Positions 27,484-36,841 of a DNA stretch of 64,000 bases are shown piece by piece. Both the position numbers and the translations under genes were made by a program. Origin of the DNA: a virus (taxonomy: Duplodnaviria > Caudoviricetes); the IMG/VR virus record IMGVR_UViG_3300030433_002548, positions 5,251-69,250 of that record; one strand, 5' to 3'. Numbering within the stretch: the first letter of the stretch is position 1; every line of letters begins with the position of its first letter. The notes beneath the pieces are model-generated. The model was given only the letters and a program-made list of their open reading frames with translations. It searched no databases and was not told the origin of the DNA.

Positions 27484-27622
27484 TGGATAGTTGTCGTTCT
27501 AGTTCATATTTAATGGTGGAGAGATGACGATATAAGTACACCTTCCACTCATTGTCCTCCATCAGTTTAACAATGTCATCAACATGTGTCAAGGCGCTAA
27601 CCAACTTTTCTTCGTTAGTCAT
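27464..27622 (-). CDS. Hypothetical protein, 52 aa (MTNEEKLVSALTHVDDIVKLMEDNEW...)
   Basis: Hand-translated; ATGA overlap. Confidence 0.65.
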   Translation of the reverse strand: MTNEEKLVSALTHVDDIVKLMEDNEWKVYLYRHLSTIKYELERQLSNERSKR

Positions 27623-27978
27623 TTTTTACGCTTTGCATTGCGAGTAGTGTTTCCAACGGAATCCACGCTGGATTTTCTTTTGCGAACTGTACTTGTACTT
27701 CCGTCACTACTTTTTCGAGTTGACGATTGTACGCTTGCCTTGTGTTTTTTACTGGACTTAAGGGATTTGCCGTCACGATTAGATACCTTGTAATCTCTTG
27801 ACTTTAGTTTATATCGGTCTATGTACTTTTGCAAGTGTTCTTCACACTCAAAGTGGCACACTGTCAGTGCAATACCTTTTACATTATGATGGTCTTTATT
27901 TACCTCCAGTCTCCACGGGAATGTCTGATGAGGAAACAATGAACTGTAATCAGCATTAAGAATAGTTGATCGAATCAT
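27619..27978 (-). CDS. Hypothetical protein with basic low-complexity C-terminus (119 aa)
   Basis: Track ORF, FPWRLE...CHFECEEHLQKYIDRY. Confidence 0.7.
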   Translation of the reverse strand: MIRSTILNADYSSLFPHQTFPWRLEVNKDHHNVKGIALTVCHFECEEHLQKYIDRYKLKSRDYKVSNRDGKSLKSSKKHKASVQSSTRKSSDGSTSTVRKRKSSVDSVGNTTRNAKRKK

Positions 27979-28436
27979 TCACTTGCTCTCCATTCTTTAC
28001 GCATACTTTGATACTCAGGATCGTATGCAGCTTTATCTCTTACTTTTTTGAAGATTTTTGCTGACCTTGCTTTGACATTTGTGAGGCAGTCTTCTTCGCA
28101 GGGAGATACACTCCCATTGCTTGCATATTTCCGTCCCGAAGCGTGATTGGCATACCGTCTGGCACGAGTGAATCCCATCTCAAGGAATTTCCTTGCCATG
28201 TCCATTCCAATGAAATCTTTCCGTCGTTTATACTCACAGAACATCGAGTATATTCGATCAGAAGATTTAAGAGACGCTTCTTCATCTACAAATCTCCAGT
28301 GAGCACAAATATCGTTTGTATAAGGGCGTACCAATAGAACCCCTTGTTCTCCCCTTCCAATACGATAAAGTTTGCGAGTTTCTGCATCTGTGAAGTCCAG
28401 AGATTTGTAATCGAGATCATAATCAAACTCTTTCAT
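27975..28436 (-). CDS. DUF4385-like protein
   Basis: 153 aa; YRIGRGEQGVLLVRPY and GMDMARKFLEMGFTRARRYANH. Confidence 0.8.
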   Translation of the reverse strand: MKEFDYDLDYKSLDFTDAETRKLYRIGRGEQGVLLVRPYTNDICAHWRFVDEEASLKSSDRIYSMFCEYKRRKDFIGMDMARKFLEMGFTRARRYANHASGRKYASNGSVSPCEEDCLTNVKARSAKIFKKVRDKAAYDPEYQSMRKEWRASE

Positions 28437-28591
28437 TGTAGACGGTAACGATAATCCCTCAGTTTTTGTACGAGTCGCAGATGATCTACAACTCCTGGTG
28501 CAATCTGTTCTCTTGCCCTTGCTACGTCATGATTGGACATTGTATCCAGGGCTTGGAGAATGTGATCGACTTCTTGCAGCGATAGATTCAT
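28433..28591 (-). CDS. Hypothetical protein, 52 aa (MNLSLQEVDHILQAL...)
   Basis: Hand-translated; ATGA overlaps. Confidence 0.65.
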   Translation of the reverse strand: MNLSLQEVDHILQALDTMSNHDVARAREQIAPGVVDHLRLVQKLRDYRYRLQ

Positions 28592-28854
28592 TTTTGCAGT
28601 GATTCAACAGTGTACTGATGTCCTTCAGAGAGAACCTGATCATGGAGGTTTGCAACATCTTGCAGACCTTCTACACTATACCATGGTGCGGTCTCCCAAT
28701 CAAACCCATCACCGAAAGTATTGTCAGCATTTGCAACATACCAGTGACATGAAGTGTCAGGCACATCTACAGCACAGTTTGACCAATCATCAGACCACTG
28801 CGGAACCTGAACCCATAACAATGCAGCAAAGAAAAGATTAAGGATTGGCAGCAT
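28588..28854 (-). CDS. Hypothetical protein with hydrophobic N-terminus (88 aa)
   Basis: LFFAALLWVQVPQWSDDWSNCAVDVPD..C; signal-like leader. Confidence 0.7.
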   Translation of the reverse strand: MLPILNLFFAALLWVQVPQWSDDWSNCAVDVPDTSCHWYVANADNTFGDGFDWETAPWYSVEGLQDVANLHDQVLSEGHQYTVESLQK

Positions 28855-28958
28855 TTTTAAGTGTGGTGATTAGGTGCATGTTCCCATGAAAGTAACCAGC
28901 AACGATGACAAGTAAAGTGCAGAGGATAACACCCATGAACATGAGTATGTAGGGAACT

Positions 28959-29177
28959 CTATTGAAATCCTCTGGATTGTCTTGCTTTTGGTTTGTCAAT
29001 GACTTCTACATGCGAAAGAAAATCTTTTTTGTTCCACCAGATGTTTCTCACATCTTCCCAGTTGTCCACTGTGATAGATTCACCGTCTTTACTGACCACT
29101 TGATAGTGATGACGGTCATAGAGTCCTTCTGAAGAAAGTGTGAAATACCTCGGATCATTTGGTCGGATTAGTTCCAT
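28959..29177 (-). CDS. Hypothetical protein (72 aa)
   Basis: Track ORF, co-oriented. Confidence 0.7.
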   Translation of the reverse strand: MELIRPNDPRYFTLSSEGLYDRHHYQVVSKDGESITVDNWEDVRNIWWNKKDFLSHVEVIDKPKARQSRGFQ

Positions 29178-29365
29178 CTCAGTGATTTAAGATGATTGAG
29201 AACTTCTGTACGAACATCCATCAATTCATGGTAACACTTTTGATTGTGAGCACATTGTCTCAGTGCTGCATCAGGTTTATGCACGGACTCAATAAAAATG
29301 TCAAGACCACGATTCCATTTGTCTTGTTTGGATTCGCCGTCGTCAATCGTGTACTGATCCTTCAT
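29168..29365 (-). CDS. Hypothetical protein (MKDQYTIDDG...CAHNQKCYHELM)
   Basis: GGAG RBS before the adjusted start. Confidence 0.7.
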   Translation of the reverse strand: MKDQYTIDDGESKQDKWNRGLDIFIESVHKPDAALRQCAHNQKCYHELMDVRTEVLNHLKSLRWN

Positions 29366-29519
29366 TAAAACACTCCGGGTTGTCTTCTTTGATAACGTCA
29401 ATGACTTCTTGTATATACGCTGCAGGCATGTCAGTTCTCAGCGAATATTCATTGACTCTATTTAACAGTTCTAAGGAACTTGCACAGGATAATCCTGATG
29501 CCAGTAATAGTTCTATCAT
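29343..29519 (-). CDS. Hypothetical protein, 58 aa (MIELLLASGLSCASSLELL...)
   Basis: Hand-translated; fills a gap. Confidence 0.6.
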   Translation of the reverse strand: MIELLLASGLSCASSLELLNRVNEYSLRTDMPAAYIQEVIDVIKEDNPECFNEGSVHD

Positions 29520-29710
29520 GTAATTACCTCCCAGTGATCATCAGCATTTTCATTTATCCAAAAATGATAACGACCGGAGATAGATGCCAAGAATACTTGA
29601 CCATCCTTCCGTTGCTCAACTCGACAGGAGTGGAGTTGGTCCATCATGTTAGCGAAACGATTCTTCGCTTTAGAACTCTTCGGTTTAACACAAAGGAATT
29701 CAGCTTTCAT
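29516..29710 (-). CDS. Hypothetical protein (MKAEFLCVKPKSSKAKNRFANMM...)
   Basis: GGAGG RBS before the adjusted start. Confidence 0.7.
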   Translation of the reverse strand: MKAEFLCVKPKSSKAKNRFANMMDQLHSCRVEQRKDGQVFLASISGRYHFWINENADDHWEVIT

Positions 29711-29748
29711 AGTTTGATTAACCTCCACAAAGGTAATTATACAGGGAT

Positions 29749-30213
29749 TTAAGAACTTGTCAAGCGATTAGGGAATGGTGTCCCTGTTCCATGAGATTTA
29801 GGTCCGAGACCCAGATAACAGTTGTAGAGTTTAATCTCCATCTGTTGTGCTTCTTGTTCCCATGGTTGATCCTGATATGACAAGTGATCAGAATCAATAT
29901 TCTTCCAATAACGAACACCACGCTTATCACGAAGTGTACCGATTACATGCTGATAAACATGCCACAACTCATGAAGTAATGTCTGGCAGTACAGATCTTC
30001 AGACAACGTTGTTTCCATTTCAATCAGAAACTCACGGGGTCGATGATCACAATCCATGACGGTGCAAAAACCAACCGCACCCTCACGTTTGAGACCTCTA
30101 TGCACCACTGTGATGTCCAAATGATGTCTAGGCATATACTTTGCCTTAAACCACTCAATAACACGCTTACAGCGTCTCCTAGGTGCCTTTCCTTGGATGT
30201 CAAGATAGAGCAT
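29749..30213 (-). CDS. Putative zinc metallopeptidase (HExxH)
   Basis: TLLHELWHVYQH ... PWEQEA. Confidence 0.7.
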   Translation of the reverse strand: MLYLDIQGKAPRRRCKRVIEWFKAKYMPRHHLDITVVHRGLKREGAVGFCTVMDCDHRPREFLIEMETTLSEDLYCQTLLHELWHVYQHVIGTLRDKRGVRYWKNIDSDHLSYQDQPWEQEAQQMEIKLYNCYLGLGPKSHGTGTPFPNRLTSS

Positions 30214-30298
30214 GAATTGCGACCGATGTAACACGAGTTCCCCACTGCATCATCCATAGAAATGATCCAATGAAGATTAGTTTTTCAGTGGTGGTCAT
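30200..30298 (-). CDS. Small hydrophobic peptide, 32 aa (MTTTEKLIFIGSFLWMMQWGTRV...)
   Basis: Hand-translated; GGGGAGG RBS; first gene after promoter copy 12. Confidence 0.6.
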   Translation of the reverse strand: MTTTEKLIFIGSFLWMMQWGTRVTSVAIHALS

Positions 30299-30348
30299 GC
30301 CTCCCCTGTCAATGCACATACTATAAAACCCCCAGGGGTTACCTGAGG

Positions 30349-30519
30349 GTCATGTGTGCCACTTTATTGACTGGTCGTTTTCTTACTAAAAAACTCACTC
30401 TCACACTTGTAGTAGATTCGGAGTTGGATGAATTTAGGATCGATGTATGTAATAGATTGTGGCTTGTGGGTAAACGGATTTCGGTGGATTAAGATGTGAT
30501 CGTATTTGTGAGGTGTCAT
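30349..30519 (-). CDS. Hypothetical protein, 56 aa (MTPHKYDHILIHRNPF...)
   Basis: Hand-translated; TATAAATA at 30538-30545 upstream. Confidence 0.55.
30356..30376 (-). promoter_or_regulatory. Early promoter two-box motif GACCAGT-N6-AGTGGCAC; start of the early region
   Basis: Copy 12; -10-like TAGTAT downstream. Confidence 0.7.
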
Positions 30520-30573
30520 ATAAATGCATAAGGCACCTTATTTATATGGTCTATGGACGATTTATGAAGTGTC

Positions 30574-30813
30574 CTAGGCGTAACTAGGATCTACCTCTTT
30601 CAAACAAGATTTAAGAAATTCTGCTAGATCTTCTTTTCCTTTCACATTAAGTCTATCAATATAAACTTTTTCAAAAATTTGAGTGAGAGCAAAAACATCT
30701 TTTTCATTAAGGAGACACTCTATCGTGTCTCCTGATTCTGTTGTCAACGAAAAATCAAACTTATCTTCAAGAGTGAGATAAGCAAGATTCGCAGATTTAA
30801 TTGTCATTTCCAT
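30574..30813 (-). CDS. Hypothetical protein (79 aa)
   Basis: Track ORF at the end of the fibre array. Confidence 0.6.
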   Translation of the reverse strand: MEMTIKSANLAYLTLEDKFDFSLTTESGDTIECLLNEKDVFALTQIFEKVYIDRLNVKGKEDLAEFLKSCLKEVDPSYA

Positions 30814-30822
30814 ATTTAAGTA

Positions 30823-33045
30823 TTATGCAGAGTATTTAATAATAACAACACCAGGTCCCCCTGGACCACCATATGTATGAGAAGGGGATCCACCTCCACC
30901 TCCACCTGAACCGGTGAGGTTCTTAGCTTGCATCTGTATTCTAGTTGCCTGAGCAGTTCCACCAGACGATGGGTGTGAACCACCGGCACCGCCATGACCA
31001 CCTGCTCCTCCAACAGAAGCATCAGCGGAACCACCTCCTCCTCCACCACCGAAGTAGGCAATAGAGCTATCAGGTCCAGGACCACCTACACCAATACTGT
31101 ATGGAATGGCAGGAATCGCTTGTCCATTTCCACCGGCACCACCTGCGTTACCAGGTGCATCAGAACCACCACTAGCAGCACCGCCGCCAGCGCCAGCACC
31201 ATTTCCTGGGTTACCTCCTGGTCCTGCTGCCTGTCCACCAGAATTTCCATATCCAGTCCAGGTTCCAGTTCCGTCAGATGGTGCTGAGAAACTACCACTT
31301 CCTGCTTTACCGTTTGTTGCGGGAGGATAATGTGGATTTGTGGATGGGTTATTTTGTCCAGCACCACCGCCACCTGATGCGTTGGTCGCAGGTGCTCCTG
31401 GTTGACCACCAGGTCCAGAATCATGACCACCACCGCCACCACCCATAGCAGCATGTTCATAAGGACCAGCAGGGTTCTTAAGTGCAGATCTTTCTCCTGG
31501 ATATGCTCTAGTTGCAGATCGCCCAGATTGGGGATTGCCTGGTGGAGCATATCCACATCCTTGTCCTCTTTCTCCGACGACTACTTCACATGTTGTATTT
31601 GCGGTGAAGGTGTAACCTGGATTGACAAGTACTCCTCCTCCACCACCGCCACCACCAGACCACTTAGCGGGAGAATCAGCAGATGCTCCACCACCTCCAC
31701 CACCAACAATCAGCACTGCTGCTGGGAATGGTGATTCACCACTAGGAATGGCAAACTGAAGCATACCATCTCCAGGTCCAAATGAAGGTCCAGGATTTCC
31801 TGCATAAGTAGGACCTGCAAAAACGTGATATACTTCATCATTGGTATGATCTTTATGAATAAATCCACCAGTTGCTTTGGCATATGTTAAATCATAATCT
31901 GAAGGTAATTCATATCGGAAGACAACGATTCCAGGTCCACCATCTCCTCCAAGAGTGCCCCATGCTGTCGGCGGACTGTAATATCTTGAGCCAGTTTGAG
32001 AAGGTACATTTGAGTCCGATCTTGTGGCTCCACCACCGCCGCCACCGCCGCCTGTAGCAAATCCACCATGTCCACCACCGTTAGATTTTGGATTACCACC
32101 AGGATCAGCTCTTGCAAACCATCCTTCACTAAATCCAGTTCCACCAGTTCCAAGCATGGGACCATCATCTGATCCACCGCCACCGCCACCTGCTCCGCCA
32201 ACGCCTCTACCAGGAGTATCGGACCCACCATGTCCAGGGTGAGTGGTTCCTCCGCCACCTCCACCCCAAATTGATCTGGGTGATGGTAAAAATGGTCCTA
32301 AAATTGTTGATGGATATCCATCACCACCGGGTCCACCACCCTTTGGTGTTCCTGCATTAGTTCCAGCATTGCCGCCTGCACCACCTCCGCCGCCACCTCC
32401 GTGACTGCCCCCCTGACCTCCAGCACCACCACTTTGAGCACCAGAATCTGTGTTAGCAGATCCAGGAGCATTTGCAGGTGGAAATGCTCCACCACCGCCA
32501 GATCCACCAGGAGTTAATCCACTTTTTGCTGCCCCACCTGGGTATGCACCTGCTCCACCACCACCACCGGCAGTTCTTGTTGTTGGTCCACCAGGATCTG
32601 TGAATGAACTAGGTGTCCCATTAGTTCCAGGAGTATCTTGTGTTCCTGACCAAGTTCCTTTACCACCAGTTCCAACCGTGACTGGATAAGTTCTGTTAGC
32701 AATAGTTGTGGATCCACTGTAAACGCCTCCACCGCCTCCACCACCACCATTATCTCCAGCGCCACCGCCACCGCCAGCAACGATGAGATAATCTAACGTT
32801 GATGCATTTGCAATATCAGTTACTACAAAGGTGCCAGGATTAAAGAAAATGTGACACCTATATTTGGTTCCAGGAGATGGATCAAGATATTCATGAATCA
32901 CACCACCAGATGCAGAGGCACCTAGAGAAGGTGTAGCAGCACCACCACCAGCAGCAGAGGCACCGAAACCAAAACCACCAATACCTCTTGCAATACCAGT
33001 AAAGACTGGTTTTTCTTTCTTATTAAATTCGTTAAAGATACCCAT
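30823..33045 (-). CDS. Glycine-rich fibre-tip/adhesin-like protein (type C, two tandem Gly-rich domains)
   Basis: 740 aa; ASGG..HIFFNPGTF..DYLIVAGGGGG...GGPGIVVFRY, then a second unit ATGG...GGPGVVIIKY. Confidence 0.8.
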   Translation of the reverse strand: MGIFNEFNKKEKPVFTGIARGIGGFGFGASAAGGGAATPSLGASASGGVIHEYLDPSPGTKYRCHIFFNPGTFVVTDIANASTLDYLIVAGGGGGAGDNGGGGGGGGVYSGSTTIANRTYPVTVGTGGKGTWSGTQDTPGTNGTPSSFTDPGGPTTRTAGGGGGAGAYPGGAAKSGLTPGGSGGGGAFPPANAPGSANTDSGAQSGGAGGQGGSHGGGGGGGAGGNAGTNAGTPKGGGPGGDGYPSTILGPFLPSPRSIWGGGGGGTTHPGHGGSDTPGRGVGGAGGGGGGSDDGPMLGTGGTGFSEGWFARADPGGNPKSNGGGHGGFATGGGGGGGGATRSDSNVPSQTGSRYYSPPTAWGTLGGDGGPGIVVFRYELPSDYDLTYAKATGGFIHKDHTNDEVYHVFAGPTYAGNPGPSFGPGDGMLQFAIPSGESPFPAAVLIVGGGGGGASADSPAKWSGGGGGGGGVLVNPGYTFTANTTCEVVVGERGQGCGYAPPGNPQSGRSATRAYPGERSALKNPAGPYEHAAMGGGGGGHDSGPGGQPGAPATNASGGGGAGQNNPSTNPHYPPATNGKAGSGSFSAPSDGTGTWTGYGNSGGQAAGPGGNPGNGAGAGGGAASGGSDAPGNAGGAGGNGQAIPAIPYSIGVGGPGPDSSIAYFGGGGGGGSADASVGGAGGHGGAGGSHPSSGGTAQATRIQMQAKNLTGSGGGGGGSPSHTYGGPGGPGVVIIKYSA

Positions 33046-33058
33046 TATTTACCTCCTA

Positions 33059-33838
33059 TCAACCGAAGCGGAAGCTGCCATTATTTGTAGCAAAGGTTTT
33101 ATAGTTATTTGCCTCTGTATTTGTAGATCCATTATAATGAATACCAAATGTAACAATGTCTATGTCGCTTGTAGTGGCAGAAAGTGTAACTGTTGTGCCT
33201 GAACCAACTCTTGCAACAGTACTAATGCCACTGACACCTTGAGGTTTCAGTGTAATATTTGTTCCAATACCTGTGGGTCCTGTCGTGTTACCAAGACCAG
33301 CATTTGTAGATGCCTGAGTAAAGATAACAGAAACTGTATGGAATGAATTCTTAACAGCAGGGAAGTTGGTAATAGAAACAATGCCAACTGCACCATTTGC
33401 AATATCGTGAGTAAACACTGTTCCATTATTGCAATCACACTCTAATGTCACAAGAGATGATGTAAATGCGGTGGTTGATCCTGTACTAACAGTCTCTGAA
33501 GCATCTTTGACCTCAACACCACCCTTAAATGTTACTGCCGTGCCAGGTCTTGCTGTGATGATTCCAGTAACCTCAAGACCAGATCTTGCGGTAACAACAC
33601 CAACAGAGTCAATATTAGTTACATCTTCATAGGTCACTACACCAGTAAAGGTAGCGGCAACACCGGTAATATTATTGACGGTAATATCAGGAGTTCCAGT
33701 TAATCCCGTGGCATTACCAGTCACATCACCTACAAAACTGGTAGCGGTCGCAACACCAGTTACATTTATACCTTTATTAAATGAAATTGGTGAAGCACCA
33801 TCCTCAGATTTTATAGTATTGACTCTAATTTCAGACAT
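33059..33838 (-). CDS. Short tail-fibre-like protein with extended C-terminal domain (type A')
   Basis: 259 aa; MSEIRVNTIKS, YEDVTNIDSVGVVTAR repeat, C-terminal TLECDCNNGTVF...DIDIVTF domain. Confidence 0.75.
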   Translation of the reverse strand: MSEIRVNTIKSEDGASPISFNKGINVTGVATATSFVGDVTGNATGLTGTPDITVNNITGVAATFTGVVTYEDVTNIDSVGVVTARSGLEVTGIITARPGTAVTFKGGVEVKDASETVSTGSTTAFTSSLVTLECDCNNGTVFTHDIANGAVGIVSITNFPAVKNSFHTVSVIFTQASTNAGLGNTTGPTGIGTNITLKPQGVSGISTVARVGSGTTVTLSATTSDIDIVTFGIHYNGSTNTEANNYKTFATNNGSFRFG

Positions 33839-33872
33839 CTGTTTCTAAAATCCTTTTGCTATGTTTTATTTA

Positions 33873-34301
33873 TCAAAATACACCCAAGACATTTGTAGCT
33901 AGAGTGGTTCCAGATCCTATGTGGAAAGTAGCACCAACTGCTACATGAATATTACCCTCTCTACAAAATGCGATATTACCTGAAGCATCATCTGATGTGA
34001 TGGAAACTGATGTCCCTGCTCCGATGGGGATTTCTTCAGGTGTCTTAAAAAATCTATTTAATACTGATGTTTGATCACTTGATAATGCAGTAGCAAATCC
34101 ACTTACACCAGTCAGTTGAGAACCATCACCAACAAATTGTGTCGCAGTAACAATACCACCAGAAACAGTGACCGCACTACCAACTTTTAGAGTAGCAGCA
34201 GTCGCAACACCACTGATATTCAGATTGTTTGTATCAAGAGTTCCATCAGTTCCCACACCTGACGAAAAATTAGCTAACCTAGTTGCGTCTGTCAGTGCCA
34301 T
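33873..34301 (-). CDS. Fibre-associated structural protein (type D)
   Basis: 142 aa; GIVTATQFVGDGSQLTGV stalk motif plus a C-terminal FATAL...IGSGTTLATNVL domain. Confidence 0.7.
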   Translation of the reverse strand: MALTDATRLANFSSGVGTDGTLDTNNLNISGVATAATLKVGSAVTVSGGIVTATQFVGDGSQLTGVSGFATALSSDQTSVLNRFFKTPEEIPIGAGTSVSITSDDASGNIAFCREGNIHVAVGATFHIGSGTTLATNVLGVF

Positions 34302-34320
34302 CTATCTACACTTTTTTACT

Positions 34321-34328
34321 TATTTATA
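34321..34328 (-). promoter_or_regulatory. Perfect T4 late promoter TATAAATA
   Basis: Immediately after the terminator, 20 nt before the ATG at 34301. Confidence 0.8.
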
Positions 34329-34333
34329 GACAC

Positions 34334-34358
34334 AAAAAAAGGAGGGTTGCCCCTCCTT
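34334..34358 (-). terminator. Intrinsic terminator AAGGAGGG-gcaa-CCCTCCTT-T5
   Basis: 8-bp stem, GCAA tetraloop and T tract directly after 34364..34807. Confidence 0.85.
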
Positions 34359-34363
34359 ATGAT

Positions 34364-34807
34364 TTATTCAGGTGTGGTCAGAACCCATGCTGTTGCTGGG
34401 TCTGATTGATAATTACTTTCATTCCAGACGTAATACTTACCTGCTGCTACTTCAGCATCAGTCAATGCAGGTGCTGCACCTGGAGTTGATGGTGGTTCCC
34501 ACTGTGCTGCTGTGCTACTAATAACCCAAGAAGCATGTGGTTGCTGACTGATAAAGATGTCAGTAGAACCAACACCCAGAGTAGCAACATTACTCATGTA
34601 GGTATATCCAATACCTGCATAGTTGCCTCTCATGTTGCCATTATATGAAGTTTGCTTCCAGTTGGTATCAGCACCAAGGAGTTTCTGACAGAAAGCAACA
34701 CCAATGCTTTCCGTTTCAGTTCCATTAGAATCGGATGTGTCATCGTTGCTCACAACAATGACTTGAGTTACCACATTGTTTTCATCTAGTTGTGCAAAAT
34801 GAGCCAT
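34364..34807 (-). CDS. Conserved phage protein of the MAHFAQLDENNVV family (fibre-associated)
   Basis: 147 aa; WKQTSYN...RGNYAGIGYTY...YVWNE...W. Confidence 0.8.
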   Translation of the reverse strand: MAHFAQLDENNVVTQVIVVSNDDTSDSNGTETESIGVAFCQKLLGADTNWKQTSYNGNMRGNYAGIGYTYMSNVATLGVGSTDIFISQQPHASWVISSTAAQWEPPSTPGAAPALTDAEVAAGKYYVWNESNYQSDPATAWVLTTPE

Positions 34808-34870
34808 CTTTTATCTTTTGACTAAGTTTGTTTTAGATATTTAGGATTATAGCAATCCTTTGGTTATTTA

Positions 34871-36838
34871 TCAAGTGGGGTAAGCGATAACAACGATACC
34901 AGAACCACCATTACCACCTCTTGCTCCGGTATCACCGTTTCCTACGGTGCCGCCACCGCCACCTCCGCCTCCGGTGCTATTTCCACCATGTCCACCTTTG
35001 TTTGCTCCAGGATCAGGAGACGGTGCTTTGATACCATCTTCACCATCAAATAATCCACCAGTTCCACCAGCGCCAGCAGTATAAGCATTTTCGCATCCAC
35101 CACCACCACCGCCTCCGGTGCCACCTGCTCCTCCATTACCGCCACCGTTGACGGCACCGCCACCACCTGCCCAGGCGTAAGTGGTTCCCAAAATACTATT
35201 TGGTAATCCGTTACCTCCACCAGCTGCTGTTTGTGCAGAATTATCTCCATTAGATCCAGTTCCACCGGCACCACCACCTCCGCCAGATCCATAACCTGGA
35301 CCACTATTAGAACCAGATCCACCAGGATATCCACCAGGTTGCCCGTTTGTCCCACCAGAACCACCAGGAGCACCACCACCACCAGATCCGTTGGATGCAC
35401 CACCATTTCCACCAGCCCGGCTAGGTTGGAGTTGTCCACCACCACCACCGTATCCAGCAGTTAGTGAATTAAAAGTGGTATTACTACCAGGTTGGTGAGT
35501 CAAAGATTCGGGTCCACCAGTTATGGCATTACCACCACCACCAATTACAACTGCTCTTGGTGATGCAGGAAGTGGTTGTCCAGTTGCAGCAAGAACACCA
35601 CCGCCACCGCCGCCGCCACCATTATTGGATCCACCAGCACCACCTCCACCTACAATTAGATAGTCAATCGTAAGTGCTGTTGGATTATGGAAAGTTCCAG
35701 ATGATGTAAAGGTGTGAATTGTTTTACCACCAGCAAAACTAATAGAACCACCAGTTGCTTTTGCTGATGCAGTAGTTTGAGCGATTTTATAACGAACTAC
35801 AACAACACCAGAACCACCAGAACCACCAGCACCTTGGTTTCCTCCTCCATTTAAGTGACCACCGCCACCTCCACCACCACCAGTAGCATGAGTTCCAGAT
35901 TCTGCATTATTATTACTAACGTCACCATTTCCACCTCCACCGGCACCACCACTACCAGCTAAACTATCACTACCTGGTGGTGTCATTCTAACTCCGCCAC
36001 CGCCACCACCGGCATAAGTTACTGGATTTGTTGGTCCATAAGCATATACATTAGGTGCTCCAGGACCACCATCTCCTGCGGCTGATTGTGAAGCTGAACC
36101 ACCATCACTACCAGCACCACCGGCACCACCACCGCCACCGGATGGTCCACTACCAGATCCACCACCAGCATAACCTTGAGTTATTGGATAAGGATTCGAT
36201 ACTGGAAGAGGTGATGTAAGAGGACTTGGTGTTGTTGGATTAAGACCAGGACCACCACCATTTGATGATGGACCAGGAGTTCCTGATGCACCACCACCAG
36301 ATCCACCAAATGCACCACCACGATCAGCACCATCTGGTGCTTCCATTCCACCTCGCCCACCACCATAGGCAGTCAGAGAAAATCCAGTGGTGTTTCCACC
36401 ATTTGTTGCTGCTGGTGCCGGAGTTACGCCGCCCCTGTTGGATCCTGCAGGACTTCCAACACCTCCAGACCCGATGACAATTGGATATGAGGCAACTGAA
36501 ACTGAAATTCCTGGTGCATCATAAAATCCTCCAGCACCTCCACCACCACCGGAAGCACCACCGCCACCGCCACCAGCAACTAAAAGAACGTCAACCGTAT
36601 TATCAATGATGCCAAGTTCAGTTATTTGAAAGGTTCCTGCTGATGTAAAAATATGTGATCTATAAACAGCACCAGGAGGAGTATTATACTCGTTAATAAC
36701 ACCACCAGTTGCTGTGTGTCCAAAGGGTTGTTGTGCTAAAGCAGACTTACTTGTATGAAACTCTTTTTGTTTTCCGCTAGCAAGGAAAGAAAAAATATCT
36801 GATCCTCTATTATCTGCCTGAGAACTTCTTCCTGCCAT
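34871..36838 (-). CDS. Glycine-rich fibre-tip/adhesin-like protein (type C, two domains)
   Basis: 655 aa; ATGG..HIFTSAGTF...GGSGVVVVRY / AKATGG..HTFTSSGTF...GGSGIVVIAY. Confidence 0.8.
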   Translation of the reverse strand: MAGRSSQADNRGSDIFSFLASGKQKEFHTSKSALAQQPFGHTATGGVINEYNTPPGAVYRSHIFTSAGTFQITELGIIDNTVDVLLVAGGGGGGASGGGGGAGGFYDAPGISVSVASYPIVIGSGGVGSPAGSNRGGVTPAPAATNGGNTTGFSLTAYGGGRGGMEAPDGADRGGAFGGSGGGASGTPGPSSNGGGPGLNPTTPSPLTSPLPVSNPYPITQGYAGGGSGSGPSGGGGGAGGAGSDGGSASQSAAGDGGPGAPNVYAYGPTNPVTYAGGGGGGVRMTPPGSDSLAGSGGAGGGGNGDVSNNNAESGTHATGGGGGGGGHLNGGGNQGAGGSGGSGVVVVRYKIAQTTASAKATGGSISFAGGKTIHTFTSSGTFHNPTALTIDYLIVGGGGAGGSNNGGGGGGGGVLAATGQPLPASPRAVVIGGGGNAITGGPESLTHQPGSNTTFNSLTAGYGGGGGQLQPSRAGGNGGASNGSGGGGAPGGSGGTNGQPGGYPGGSGSNSGPGYGSGGGGGAGGTGSNGDNSAQTAAGGGNGLPNSILGTTYAWAGGGGAVNGGGNGGAGGTGGGGGGGCENAYTAGAGGTGGLFDGEDGIKAPSPDPGANKGGHGGNSTGGGGGGGGTVGNGDTGARGGNGGSGIVVIAYPT

Positions 36839-36841
36839 TTA

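Noticed and set aside
16684-30376. Recurring short palindromes as a possible CRISPR array or attachment sites
   Set aside because: Irregular spacing, degenerate sequence and consistent position upstream of -10 elements indicate promoter motifs
30813-30818. TAAATA directly abutting the ATG of 30574..30813
   Set aside because: Too close to initiate transcription before the start codon; probably not that gene's promoter
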